From positions 7,256 through 71,255 of the forward strand of contig DATJGD010000065.1 in NCBI GenBank assembly GCA_035495255.1: a DNA stretch of 64,000 nt. Direction: 5' to 3'. The DNA comes from Bacteroidota bacterium (GTDB lineage: Bacteria > Bacteroidota > Ignavibacteria > UBA10030 > SZUA-254). The notes under the pieces were generated by a model. That model saw nothing but the letters and a program-made list of their open reading frames with translations, made no database searches and was not told the DNA's origin. Each line of letters opens with the position of its first letter. Position 1 is the stretch's first letter. The position numbers and the translations under genes are program-made. Below, one piece after another: positions 9,392 to 18,338 of the stretch.

Positions 9392-9715
9392 ATGAATCTT
9401 TACGTAGGAAACATTTCCCGCGACGTAACGGAAGAAGATTTACGCGATACGTTCCAGGCATACGGCACTGTCGATACGATCAGTATCATTAAAGATAAAT
9501 TCAGCGGGCTGCCGAAAGGTTTTGCATTTATTGAAATGCCCGTGAAGCAGGAAGCAGAAGCGGCAATTGCCGGCCTCAAAGGGAAGGCGCTCAAAGGGCG
9601 CTCACTCGATGTCAACGAAGCACGTCCGCGTGAAGATCGCAGGCCTCGCAGAGAAAACACCGGTTGGAACAGAAGCCGAAGCAGCAATAGCAATAGCATC
9701 GGACATCGATATTAA
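9392..9715 (+). CDS. RRM-type RNA-binding protein with an Arg/Ser-rich tail
   Basis: RNP-2 LYVGNI and RNP-1 KGFAFIEM motifs; 107 aa. Confidence 0.9.
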   Translation: MNLYVGNISRDVTEEDLRDTFQAYGTVDTISIIKDKFSGLPKGFAFIEMPVKQEAEAAIAGLKGKALKGRSLDVNEARPREDRRPRRENTGWNRSRSSNSNSIGHRY

Positions 9716-9874
9716 ACTACATCGGATCGCTTGATCCGATCTACGCCGAAACCCGTCTCTCCCCGAACGGTTTCGGTTCGTTCCCAGGTGCTTATCGTTT
9801 GCGTGTAATCCGCCAACCCGTTGCATTTGTGAACCATTTGCGTTATCTTGGCAAAGTAATTTTACGAATGCCAA

Positions 9875-11137
9875 ATGGATAAATTTCTGGTTCAGGGCGG
9901 AACGAAGCTGAAAGGCAAGGTCACTATCGGCGGCGCGAAAAATGCCGCGATCGCGCTCATGCCTGCGACGCTCCTCGCGAGCGGCAAATACCGCTTCACG
10001 AACATCCCCGAGTTGCGCGACATCGCGACGATGAGCAAACTCCTGCAGATGATGGGGGTCGACACCCACAAGACCCCCCACGCTCTCACCCTCAACACGT
10101 TTCGTGTTAACAAATTCGAAGCACCGTACGAGCATGTCAAAAAAATGCGTGCGTCGATTTATGTTCTCGGCCCGCTCATTGCGAGGTACGGTTCGGCGAA
10201 GGTCTCGCTGCCGGGCGGCTGCGCCTGGGGCCCGAGGCCGGTGAACCTCCATATCGAAGGCATCAAAAAGCTGGGTGCGCAGATTTCCATTGACCGGGGA
10301 TATATCATCGCGAAAGCAAAGCGGCTGAAAGCAAGCAAGATCTTGTTCAATGTCTCAAGTGTCGGCGCTACAGGGAATGTCATGATGGCGGCTGTCCTCG
10401 CGAAAGGTACGACCGTTATTGAAAATGCGGCCCGCGAGCCCGAAATCGTCGCTCTCACGAATTTCCTCGTAAAAATGGGCGCGCATATCGACGGCGCAGG
10501 AACCTCGCGGCTTGAAATTGAAGGAGTCGATGCTCTGCATCCGGTCGACGAAGAGATGATCCCGGACCGCATCGAAGCGGCGACCTTCCTCGTTGCCGCA
10601 GCCCTTACCGGAGGGACCGTTACGATAGAGAAGTGTAATCCATCCGACCTCACTGCGGTAATTTCGAAATTGATCGAGGCCGGATCGGTGGTAGAGATCG
10701 GCGGCAACAGGATAAAAATCAAAGGCCCGAAGACGCTCAAGCCGGTTGACGTAACGACGTCGATTTTTCCGGGATTCCCTACCGATGTCCAGGCGCAATG
10801 GATGGTACTCATGTCGGTCGCCAAAGGGACTTCGGTCATCACCGATACCATTTACTTCGACCGGTTCAAACACGTTCCGGAGCTTCTCCGCCTCGGAGCC
10901 GACATCGAAATGAACAACAATGGCGCCGCGGTGAAGGGAGTCAAACATCTTACCGGCGCAAAAGTGATGTCGACCGACCTGCGCGCCTCTGCATCGCTTG
11001 TCCTTGCAGGGCTCGTCGCCCAGGGAACAACGGAAGTTCTTCGAGTCTATCACCTGGACCGTGGATACGAGGCGATCGAAAAGAAGCTTCAGTCGCTCGG
11101 CGCACGTATCAAGCGCATCTCGGGGCAAGAGTTTTAA
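9875..11137 (+). CDS. murA: UDP-N-acetylglucosamine 1-carboxyvinyltransferase
   Basis: MDKFLVQGGTKLKGKVTIGGAKNAA N-terminus, active-site loop LPGGCAWGPRPVNLH, 420 aa, typical MurA length. Confidence 0.95.
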   Translation: MDKFLVQGGTKLKGKVTIGGAKNAAIALMPATLLASGKYRFTNIPELRDIATMSKLLQMMGVDTHKTPHALTLNTFRVNKFEAPYEHVKKMRASIYVLGPLIARYGSAKVSLPGGCAWGPRPVNLHIEGIKKLGAQISIDRGYIIAKAKRLKASKILFNVSSVGATGNVMMAAVLAKGTTVIENAAREPEIVALTNFLVKMGAHIDGAGTSRLEIEGVDALHPVDEEMIPDRIEAATFLVAAALTGGTVTIEKCNPSDLTAVISKLIEAGSVVEIGGNRIKIKGPKTLKPVDVTTSIFPGFPTDVQAQWMVLMSVAKGTSVITDTIYFDRFKHVPELLRLGADIEMNNNGAAVKGVKHLTGAKVMSTDLRASASLVLAGLVAQGTTEVLRVYHLDRGYEAIEKKLQSLGARIKRISGQEF

Positions 11138-11144
11138 TTATTCA

Positions 11145-13025
11145 ATGGATGTCTCCGATAATTCCGTACGCCAGGAGGCGCAAGCCCGGTCTTCTCTTTG
11201 GAAGTACTTCGCCGTTATCGTCGTTGCCGTCGCCATCGTCTACGGGCAGTCGCTTCGGTTTGATTTTGTCACGTATGACGACTACGAGCTTGTCTACCAG
11301 AACGGCGATTTTCTTTCCCACGTCTCAAACGTTTTCACGTCGTTCACGACGCACGCATTTACATCCCACAGAGCAGAGAGCGGATATTACCGTCCGGTCC
11401 TTCTTGTAAGCTATATCCTCGATTATCAGGTCTGGGGACTGAATCCGTCCGGATATCATCTTACGAACCTGCTTCTCCATTGCTGCGCCGCGGTTATTGT
11501 CTTTCTTATTCTCCGGAAGCTGCTCGCACAATCTCTGATGGCGCTGTTGGGAAGTCTTCTCTTCGCTCTTCATCCCGTACAAACGGAATCCGTCGGATGG
11601 ATTGCCGGCCGGAACGACATCCTCCTGGGGCTCTTTGTCGGAATCTCGTTTCTGAGTTATCTCTATTATAGAGAGGATGGACCGGATCGGAAAAAGTTTT
11701 TGAGTATTTCGGTTATCTCCTTTGTTGTCGCACTTTTTACGAAAGAGCCTGCCGCCTTCTATCTTCTCCTTCTGCCGGCGTATGATCTCTTTGTAAAAAG
11801 GAAGAACCTCTATGGAAGAGAATCTGTGATTGAAATGATTCCGTTTCTCGGGGCGCTGTTTCTCTATTTCATTGTGCGGAAATTGGTCATAGGAGAGTTC
11901 ATCGGCGCGGAACGGCTCTATGGAACAGCCACCATAATCGATCGGGTGCGCCAGCTTACCGCTCTGGTCGCCGAGCACTGCGCATTGATTCTTTATCCGT
12001 TCCGGTTAAGTGTTGTTCATCCGACAGATTCGCTTCCCTGGATCCAGGCTCCGTGGTCGATTGCGGCACTGGTTATTACGCTGTCCCTCATCGTGTTTGG
12101 TTGGTACATCTGGAAGAGGGGGAACGACGGTGTTCTGACGCTCGGGCTCCTCTGGTTCCTCATCGGCCTGATGCCTGTCACGGGGATTATTCCTGTCGCA
12201 GTCCCTATTCTTGAACATAGGTTGTATCTGCCGCTCATTGGTATTTCGATTCTTGCCGCCGGATGTTGTGTTCGTTTGTCCGGGGTCCAAATGCGAAAAC
12301 CGGCGGTTGCGATCGCTGTCGGTGTCGTTCTTCTTGTCTGTGCCGTAACATCGTATCTCAGGCTCCCTGTCTGGAGAGACAGCACGACACTTTGGCGTGA
12401 CGCGATAGAGAAGGCGCCCGGTGTGAGCCGAAGCTATTTCAATCTTGCCGGGTTCTATTTCGAGCGGCAGCAATACGACAGCACCGCCAGCCTTCTGAAC
12501 ACCTACATCAGGTTAAAACCCGACGATTTTCTTGGATACTCGAAACTCCGGCAGACATATTTCCTCGCCGGAAAATACGACGAGGCGGCGAGAATCAACC
12601 GCCAGATCATCCAGCGAAATCCATCGAATGCCGCCCGCTACCTCGAGGCGGGACTGATGTACGAACAGCTTCAGCGATTCGACAGCGCGGCCGCAGTGTA
12701 CAACGAAGGGCTTCTTGTCGATTCCAACAATATCGACCTGCAGCTGCGTCTCGGCTCGGTCTACCAATCCCTGCGAAATAATACGCTGGCAGGACGTCAC
12801 TTGCGGCGCGCGACCGAGATCGCGCCCCAGGACCCGCGCGTCCTCTTTGCCTACGGCGCCGTGCTTGCCTCGCAATACGATAATCTTCGCGCGATCGAAT
12901 TCATCGAGCGGGGGTTGAAGCTTGCGTCTCCGCCCCGAAGCCTCCTTACGCTGCTGCAACAGCTCTACGTGAATTCCGGCCAGCCGGAGAAAGCCCGGCA
13001 GCTTGCCGAGCGGTATCATCTGTGA
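11145..13025 (+). CDS. Polytopic membrane protein with PMT_2/TMTC-like N-terminal region and C-terminal TPR repeats (putative glycosyltransferase)
   Basis: Start moved to MDVSDNS (ATG 11145), 7 nt after the murA stop. YDDYELVYQN, HLTNLLLHCCAAVIVFLILRKL and LFALHPVQTESVGWIAGRNDIL resemble TMTC/PMT-like TPR proteins. The C-terminus carries TPR-like repeats (YFNLAGFYFERQQYDSTA..). Confidence 0.7.
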   Translation: MDVSDNSVRQEAQARSSLWKYFAVIVVAVAIVYGQSLRFDFVTYDDYELVYQNGDFLSHVSNVFTSFTTHAFTSHRAESGYYRPVLLVSYILDYQVWGLNPSGYHLTNLLLHCCAAVIVFLILRKLLAQSLMALLGSLLFALHPVQTESVGWIAGRNDILLGLFVGISFLSYLYYREDGPDRKKFLSISVISFVVALFTKEPAAFYLLLLPAYDLFVKRKNLYGRESVIEMIPFLGALFLYFIVRKLVIGEFIGAERLYGTATIIDRVRQLTALVAEHCALILYPFRLSVVHPTDSLPWIQAPWSIAALVITLSLIVFGWYIWKRGNDGVLTLGLLWFLIGLMPVTGIIPVAVPILEHRLYLPLIGISILAAGCCVRLSGVQMRKPAVAIAVGVVLLVCAVTSYLRLPVWRDSTTLWRDAIEKAPGVSRSYFNLAGFYFERQQYDSTASLLNTYIRLKPDDFLGYSKLRQTYFLAGKYDEAARINRQIIQRNPSNAARYLEAGLMYEQLQRFDSAAAVYNEGLLVDSNNIDLQLRLGSVYQSLRNNTLAGRHLRRATEIAPQDPRVLFAYGAVLASQYDNLRAIEFIERGLKLASPPRSLLTLLQQLYVNSGQPEKARQLAERYHL

Positions 13026-13038
13026 CGGCGAGGTCAAA

Positions 13039-15273
13039 ATGAAGAGGCGAGGCGTGCTTTCCGGAATCGTCGTGGTGATCGTTTCCGCCATTCTGCTGCA
13101 ATTTCCGCTGTTTAATTATCTCGGGTATGAATTTTCGGTTGCGATAGCGTTCATTCTTGCTATCATAGTAGGGATTCGGACGATTTCCCTTTTCCGGTCG
13201 AAATTTCCAGGCGGGGAGAATCTCACGGTCGGGAATTTTTGGAAAACTGTTGCCGATCTTTTTAAAGAATCGGCGTGGCCTTTCTTCCTCCCCTTTGTGC
13301 TTGCTTCTCTCAATGTCCTGCTTGTCAAAAACTGCTCGTACGGAGAGGGTGTCGTATTCTATCTGCTGATTCCCGGTGTTACGACCGTGTGGTCGATCGC
13401 GCTCGCCTCTTTTTGCGCAGTCGCGGTGCGCCGCTCTGCCACGGTGTATGCGCTCTTGCTTCTCGGCACTCTTCTCTATCCGCTCTATCTCGGATACGCC
13501 ACTCCCCAGATCTATTCTTATAGTTTTATCTACGGCTATTTCCCCGGATTTTCGTACGACGAGGTATTGCGTGTATCAACTCCGCTGATTCTTTTCCGCG
13601 GCCTTACGATGCTGGTTGCGGCGGCACTTTTGTTGCTCACGGGTTTCGTCATCCTGCGCCGATCAGACAGCGCATCGAAAAAGGCAAAAGCTTACGGCAT
13701 CGCTGTCGCGCTCATTGGCCTTGTCATCGTGACGGCATGGATTTATCGCGTCCGGCTCTCGTGGGAGACATCGGCCGGGTTCACGCAAACGGCGTTAGGC
13801 CGCGAGATCTCTACCGAACATTTTAAGATTTACTATTCGCAGGAATCGTTCTCCGATGCGGAGATCGCGCGCGTAGCCTTGGAACATGAATTTCGTTTTC
13901 AGCAGGTCAGCGAGGCATTGCGCGTGAGTTTTCAGGGCAGGATCGATTCGTATATCTACCCTGATCTTGAAACAAAACGCCGGTTCATCGGGGCCGGGAA
14001 TACCAATATCGCCAAACCCTGGCGCAGAGAAATCCACCTGAACAAAGAGTCGTGGGAGGACGTTCTCAAGCACGAGCTTGTTCACGTGCTTGCGGGGGAG
14101 TTCGGCATGCCGGTGATCCATGCGCACTATAATATAGGGCTTGTCGAAGGTCTGGCGATGGCGGTGGATCCTGAATTCGGGAACAGAACGCTTGAGCAGT
14201 ACGCCGCCGCGATGATCCGGTTCGGCATCGTCCGCGATCCCGTGCGGCTTGTGAAACCGGTCGGTTTTGCGACCCAGGCATCAACCGTGAGCTACGTGAT
14301 GATGGGGGCGTTTTGCAAGTTTCTCGTAGATCGCTTCGGAATCGTGCATTTCAAAGAGCTCTACGGCGGGGCATCGGTGGAGGATGTCTACGGGGTGTCG
14401 TTCGGACGGCTTGCGGATGACTGGCAGCATTCCCTCGATCGCATCGATGTTCCGGCCTCATGGCGGCCGCATATCGAATTTTATTTCCGGCGGCCTTCGA
14501 TCTTCGCCAAGGAATGCGCGAGGACGATCGCCGACCTCAACGAACGCGGCGGGCGGCGCCTGCAGGCGAAGGAATACGCGTCGGCGGAGGCGTTGTTCGG
14601 TCACGCGCTCAGCACGAGCTGGAACAGCGAATCGTACGCTGGATTCGTGCGATCATTGTTCGGTGAAGCGCGGTATGATACGGTCGTCCGGATGATCAGC
14701 GAACAGATGAACGATTCGATCCGGCGCGGCGGTATCGTCAATCTCTATCTACTCTATGGAGACGCAACATGGATTCGCGGGGAGATCGAACGGGCGCAGC
14801 ACATCTATGATGATATCTCCGCGCTCGATCTTTCGGTCCGGTATAACGAAGCAGCAGCCGTACGGCGGCTTGCCCTGAATGACGAGCAGTTGCGTTCGGC
14901 ATTGCCGCAATACTTTGCCGGGAAAATGAGCGATACGATTGCGATAGGATTTGTCGACTCACTCGAACAGCGCACCCCCGCGGTCGTGCTCCGGTATGTT
15001 GAGGCCAGAATAGCTTTTCGGCTTGGCGCCTATGAAAGGGTCCTCCAGGCGCTTAATTCTGTCCCTACGTTTGGGGATAGTGTGCTCGATGCCGGGAAAG
15101 AGGAAATTCTTGGAGACGCGTATTTCATGCTCCGCTCATATCAGCGGGCGCGCGCTCATTACTGGCAATCGCAGAACTGTAATTCGACCGATGCATTCGC
15201 CGAACATATCGCCGATCAGCTTGAACGGTCTGAGTGGTATGAAAACCATGAAAAACCAGGAAGCAAGAAATAA
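13039..15273 (+). CDS. Membrane protein (about 7 TM) with an extracytoplasmic HExxH gluzincin (Peptidase_MA-like) domain and a helical-repeat C-terminus
   Basis: Start at MKRRGVLSG (ATG 13039), 13 nt after the upstream stop. HELVHVLAGEFG plus downstream GLVEGLAMA (HExxH..E). Hydrophobic N-terminal third. Confidence 0.7.
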   Translation: MKRRGVLSGIVVVIVSAILLQFPLFNYLGYEFSVAIAFILAIIVGIRTISLFRSKFPGGENLTVGNFWKTVADLFKESAWPFFLPFVLASLNVLLVKNCSYGEGVVFYLLIPGVTTVWSIALASFCAVAVRRSATVYALLLLGTLLYPLYLGYATPQIYSYSFIYGYFPGFSYDEVLRVSTPLILFRGLTMLVAAALLLLTGFVILRRSDSASKKAKAYGIAVALIGLVIVTAWIYRVRLSWETSAGFTQTALGREISTEHFKIYYSQESFSDAEIARVALEHEFRFQQVSEALRVSFQGRIDSYIYPDLETKRRFIGAGNTNIAKPWRREIHLNKESWEDVLKHELVHVLAGEFGMPVIHAHYNIGLVEGLAMAVDPEFGNRTLEQYAAAMIRFGIVRDPVRLVKPVGFATQASTVSYVMMGAFCKFLVDRFGIVHFKELYGGASVEDVYGVSFGRLADDWQHSLDRIDVPASWRPHIEFYFRRPSIFAKECARTIADLNERGGRRLQAKEYASAEALFGHALSTSWNSESYAGFVRSLFGEARYDTVVRMISEQMNDSIRRGGIVNLYLLYGDATWIRGEIERAQHIYDDISALDLSVRYNEAAAVRRLALNDEQLRSALPQYFAGKMSDTIAIGFVDSLEQRTPAVVLRYVEARIAFRLGAYERVLQALNSVPTFGDSVLDAGKEEILGDAYFMLRSYQRARAHYWQSQNCNSTDAFAEHIADQLERSEWYENHEKPGSKK

Positions 15274-15296
15274 GACATTACTCAACTGTTCATCTG

Positions 15297-16331
15297 ATGC
15301 CTGACTTCAATCGCATACTGCTCACCCGCATGAAATTCATCGGCGACGTCGTCCTCACGACGCCAGTGATTCGCGCGGTGCGTGAACAATATCCCGATGC
15401 CTATATCGCTTATCTCACCGACAAAAAGACGGCTCCGCTCCTGGAACACAATCCGTATCTCAACGAGATTATTCCGTTCGATTTTTCCCGCCCCGATATT
15501 TTCGAACAGCCCAGGGTTGCATTCCTGCTTCGCCGGCGGAAATTCGACGTCGTAGTTGATTTATTTTCAAATCCCCGGACGGCGCTTCTCTCCTGGGCAA
15601 GCGGCGCCCCGATGCGCATCGGCAAGGAGGTCAAAGGCCGGGGCAAACTATATACGCATCGCATCGGCGACTACGGGGCGATGAAACCTGCAATCGAGTT
15701 TCATTATCAGTATGTCAAGCCTCTCGGCGTCGGGATGACGCACTTCAAGACAGAGATATTCCTGACCGATGACGAGAAACGTGAGGCACGCATATTTCTG
15801 AAGCATCAGGATGTCGACGTTTCGAAACCGGTGATTGCAATCCACGTCGGCGCGTCGTGGCCCAATAAGGTTTGGTTGAAAGAAAATTTTGCGGAACTAA
15901 TCGATCTCCTGCGTGCGAAGCTGGGAGTCGAAATTATCCTGAGCGCCGGCCCAGGGGATGAGGAGATGGTCAGCTCCATCATCAATAACTCTTCAGGAAA
16001 GGTATTCCGGCTCCCGCTGTTGCCGTTACGACAGCTCGCGGCTATCTTTTCGCAGTGCAAAGTATTTCTATCGAACGATTGCGGCCCGATGCATATCGGC
16101 GTCGCTGTCGGGACCCCCACGATCGGCATCTTCGGACCCGAGCCGCCCGAAGTCTGGTTCAACTATTCCGCGGCAGAAGGGCATAAAGCGCTCTTCAAGA
16201 AGATCGAATGCTCCCCCTGCCGCACAACAGCATGTTTCCGGGAGGCAGAACATTTCATGGATTGCATGAAGCTCATTACCGTTGCCGAGGTTTTTGGAGA
16301 AATCCAATCGCGATTGACGACTGACCATTGA
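15297..16331 (+). CDS. Glycosyltransferase family 9 (LPS heptosyltransferase-like)
   Basis: ILLTRMKFIGDVVLTTPVIRAVREQYPDAYIAYL N-terminus and C-terminal FLSNDCGPMHIGVAVGTPTIGIFGP are typical of RfaF/RfaC-type GT9. Confidence 0.85.
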   Translation: MPDFNRILLTRMKFIGDVVLTTPVIRAVREQYPDAYIAYLTDKKTAPLLEHNPYLNEIIPFDFSRPDIFEQPRVAFLLRRRKFDVVVDLFSNPRTALLSWASGAPMRIGKEVKGRGKLYTHRIGDYGAMKPAIEFHYQYVKPLGVGMTHFKTEIFLTDDEKREARIFLKHQDVDVSKPVIAIHVGASWPNKVWLKENFAELIDLLRAKLGVEIILSAGPGDEEMVSSIINNSSGKVFRLPLLPLRQLAAIFSQCKVFLSNDCGPMHIGVAVGTPTIGIFGPEPPEVWFNYSAAEGHKALFKKIECSPCRTTACFREAEHFMDCMKLITVAEVFGEIQSRLTTDH

Positions 16332-16427
16332 ACCCAAAACCCGGCAGCTATATCGCAACCCCGGGACCCTCAAAATTAGCGATTTTGCCATTATCATAGA
16401 TTTCATTTCTCTACTATTAGATATATA

Positions 16428-17159
16428 TTGTCCAATCAGCCTGACGAAATGAAACCGAAATTCGAAATACCACGATGTGAAACATGCGATGCCCGGTACC
16501 AATCCATATTCAAGGATCTGGACAATATGGACTTGGAAAAACTATCACTGCACAAGGGATGCAATTTCCACCGACAGGGGCAAGTCTTGTTTCAAGAAGG
16601 TGGATATCCAGCAGGAGTATATTGTATCAGCCAGGGAAGAGTGAAGCTGTATAAAATTGGGGCGGATGGAAAAGAGAAAATTATGCGGATGGCAAAGGCT
16701 GGAGATGTGGTAGGATATCGTTCGCTCATCAGTGGCACGCCCTATAACCTTTCTGCTCAAGTCCTGGAAGATGCGGCCATCTGCTTTATCCCGAAGAGCA
16801 CGTTTCAGAATATGCTTACGGAGATTTCATCTTTTAACGTACGTGTGTTGGACTTGCTTTGTCACGATCTCGCAACAGCGGAACTGCAGGAGCTCTCTCT
16901 TGCTCAGCGATCAGTGAAGGAGCGACTGGTCGAAGTGCTGCTGATGTTGAAAGAATTTTACGGATTTGAAGATGATGGGACAACTCTCAAAGGAGCACTC
17001 TCTCGTGAAGACATTGCGAACATTGTCGGGACGTCCACGGAAACCGTTATCCGCCTTCTATCTGAATTAAATACCAGGGGGATAGTCAAACTTGTTAGGA
17101 AGAAAATCAAAATTATCGATACAAAAGCTCTCCTCAGAATCACGGACGTATACGATTAA
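16428..17159 (+). CDS. Crp/Fnr-family transcriptional regulator
   Basis: cNMP-binding-like beta-barrel (VLFQEGGYPAGVYCISQGRVKLYK) and C-terminal HTH (REDIANIVGTSTETVIRLLSELNTRG). The track start is TTG; an ATG (MKPKFE) lies at 16449. Only a CxxC is present at the N-terminus, not the full FNR Cys set. Confidence 0.85.
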   Translation: MSNQPDEMKPKFEIPRCETCDARYQSIFKDLDNMDLEKLSLHKGCNFHRQGQVLFQEGGYPAGVYCISQGRVKLYKIGADGKEKIMRMAKAGDVVGYRSLISGTPYNLSAQVLEDAAICFIPKSTFQNMLTEISSFNVRVLDLLCHDLATAELQELSLAQRSVKERLVEVLLMLKEFYGFEDDGTTLKGALSREDIANIVGTSTETVIRLLSELNTRGIVKLVRKKIKIIDTKALLRITDVYD

Positions 17160-17366
17160 ATAAGAACACAAGAACCGTTTGTGGAGCGACCCCAATCGCG
17201 ATCACAGATGATTTACCACCTTTACCCCGCAATTGGAAACCCGCGCAACAAATCCCTCGCCCCTGACGTGGCGCCTGAGTACGTTCGTACTCGCTTGGTT
17301 GGTTGATTCGCGCTGCTCCTCGATCCTTTATTCCTTCAGCTTAATTCAGCCGCCCACGACCATATT

Positions 17367-17387
17367 TCTAAATCCTCGCAATTTAGA
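17367..17387 (+). promoter_or_regulatory. Perfect 7-7-7 inverted repeat TCTAAAT-N7-ATTTAGA (candidate operator)
   Basis: Read directly at 17367-17373 / 17381-17387, in the 610-nt gap between the Crp/Fnr gene and the USP genes. Confidence 0.3.
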
Positions 17388-17399
17388 TATTCATAAAAT

Positions 17400-17413
17400 A
17401 TGATAAAAATCAT
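17400..17413 (+). promoter_or_regulatory. Palindrome ATGAT-N4-ATCAT, core TGAT-N4-ATCA as in FNR/CRP-family boxes (TTGAT-N4-ATCAA)
   Basis: Read directly. It lies about 80 nt upstream of the sORF ATG (17494) and about 360 nt upstream of the first USP. Confidence 0.35.
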
Positions 17414-17493
17414 GTTCTCACCTGAATTTGATCATTTACTGTAAGTCTTCCGAGTGTTATCTTGGGTTTAAAGAAAGTGCTCGACGAAATAAC

Positions 17494-17778
17494 ATGGAAA
17501 CACGCCTTACTAAATCGAACGGGAAGCAGGCTTGCCAGGCGCAGCGTTGCACGCACCAGGATCATAACCATCTTCTTCATCTGCGGGCAGATCTCCGAAT
17601 GGTCATCCACGTTATGGAGGAGGAAAAAGGTTCACAGGCACCCGGATGGCAAATAGCATCATTAAAGGAATCTCTTGGCGACGTCGAGGGGAGAATCAGT
17701 GAACTCCGCAACAGAGCGCTTCGTCGTAGAAAAGCAGCATTGCACGCAACCCAGCACAACATGGGCCCGAAATGCTAA
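17494..17778 (+). CDS. Hypothetical 94-aa protein with a Cys/His-rich N-terminus and a helical basic C-terminus
   Basis: METRLTKSNGKQACQAQRCTHQDHNHLLHL..LKESLGDVEGRISELRNRALRRRKAAL. Its stop (17776-17778) overlaps the USP start (17772) by 7 nt, which suggests coupling. No recognisable family. Confidence 0.4.
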   Translation: METRLTKSNGKQACQAQRCTHQDHNHLLHLRADLRMVIHVMEEEKGSQAPGWQIASLKESLGDVEGRISELRNRALRRRKAALHATQHNMGPKC

Positions 17779-18338
17779 AGACAACAAAGCTTCTTGTGCC
17801 GATAGATCTTTCAGAATATTCATTGGAAGCCGTTAAATATGCGCGTGAATTGGTATCGGGCAAGGAAACTCAAATATATTTGCTTCACGTCATATCTGTC
17901 GAGTCTCAGTGTGCACTTCCAGTCGTCGATCAAGGATCAGAGTCAGTACTACGAGAGATAGAAGAAGTGTCATTGGCTCAGTTAGAAACGTTGAATCGCA
18001 AAAAGATATGCAACGCAAGAAATATTGCCTACGTCATTCGTCGTGGCTTGATATTTCGGGAAATAGTAAAATTCGCAAAAGATGAAAAGATCGATCTGAT
18101 TGTCATGGCTACGCATGGAAGAACGGGCATTCGACGTGCCCTCATAGGCAGTGTAGCTGAGAAAGTCATAACGCATTCAGCCGTACCCGTCCTTGCTGTC
18201 AAGCCGCAATTACTACGGGAAGCGCTATTGAATGAGAATGAAATAGAAGTGCAACTCCATTCTTCTCAGGGAGAAAACAATAACAACAAGGCAGCCAAAG
18301 AAAATAACTCCCAAAATCATTCCTTAGAATTAGTATGA
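17772..18338 (+). CDS. Universal stress protein (UspA family)
   Basis: LLVPIDLSEYSLEAVKYA.., DLIVMATHGRTGIRRALIGSVAEKVITHSAVPVLAV (ATP-binding G-2x-G-9x-G(S/T) region). Confidence 0.9.
   Translation: MLKTTKLLVPIDLSEYSLEAVKYARELVSGKETQIYLLHVISVESQCALPVVDQGSESVLREIEEVSLAQLETLNRKKICNARNIAYVIRRGLIFREIVKFAKDEKIDLIVMATHGRTGIRRALIGSVAEKVITHSAVPVLAVKPQLLREALLNENEIEVQLHSSQGENNNNKAAKENNSQNHSLELV

Noticed and set aside
9120-9395. 91-aa TTG-initiated ORF in the leader of the RRM protein gene
   Set aside because: It has no RBS, a non-ATG start and an odd composition, and it runs into the rbp start. It is more likely non-coding leader.
16428-17159. Calling the Crp/Fnr-family regulator a true oxygen-sensing FNR
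   Set aside because: Only a CxxC (CETC) is present near the N-terminus rather than the full set of FNR iron-sulfur cysteines. The effector cannot be inferred from sequence.
17277-17294. Hairpin GAGTAC-GTTC-GTACTC as a possible terminator of the Crp/Fnr gene
   Set aside because: The stem is only 6 bp, there is no downstream T-run, and it lies 120 nt from the stop codon.
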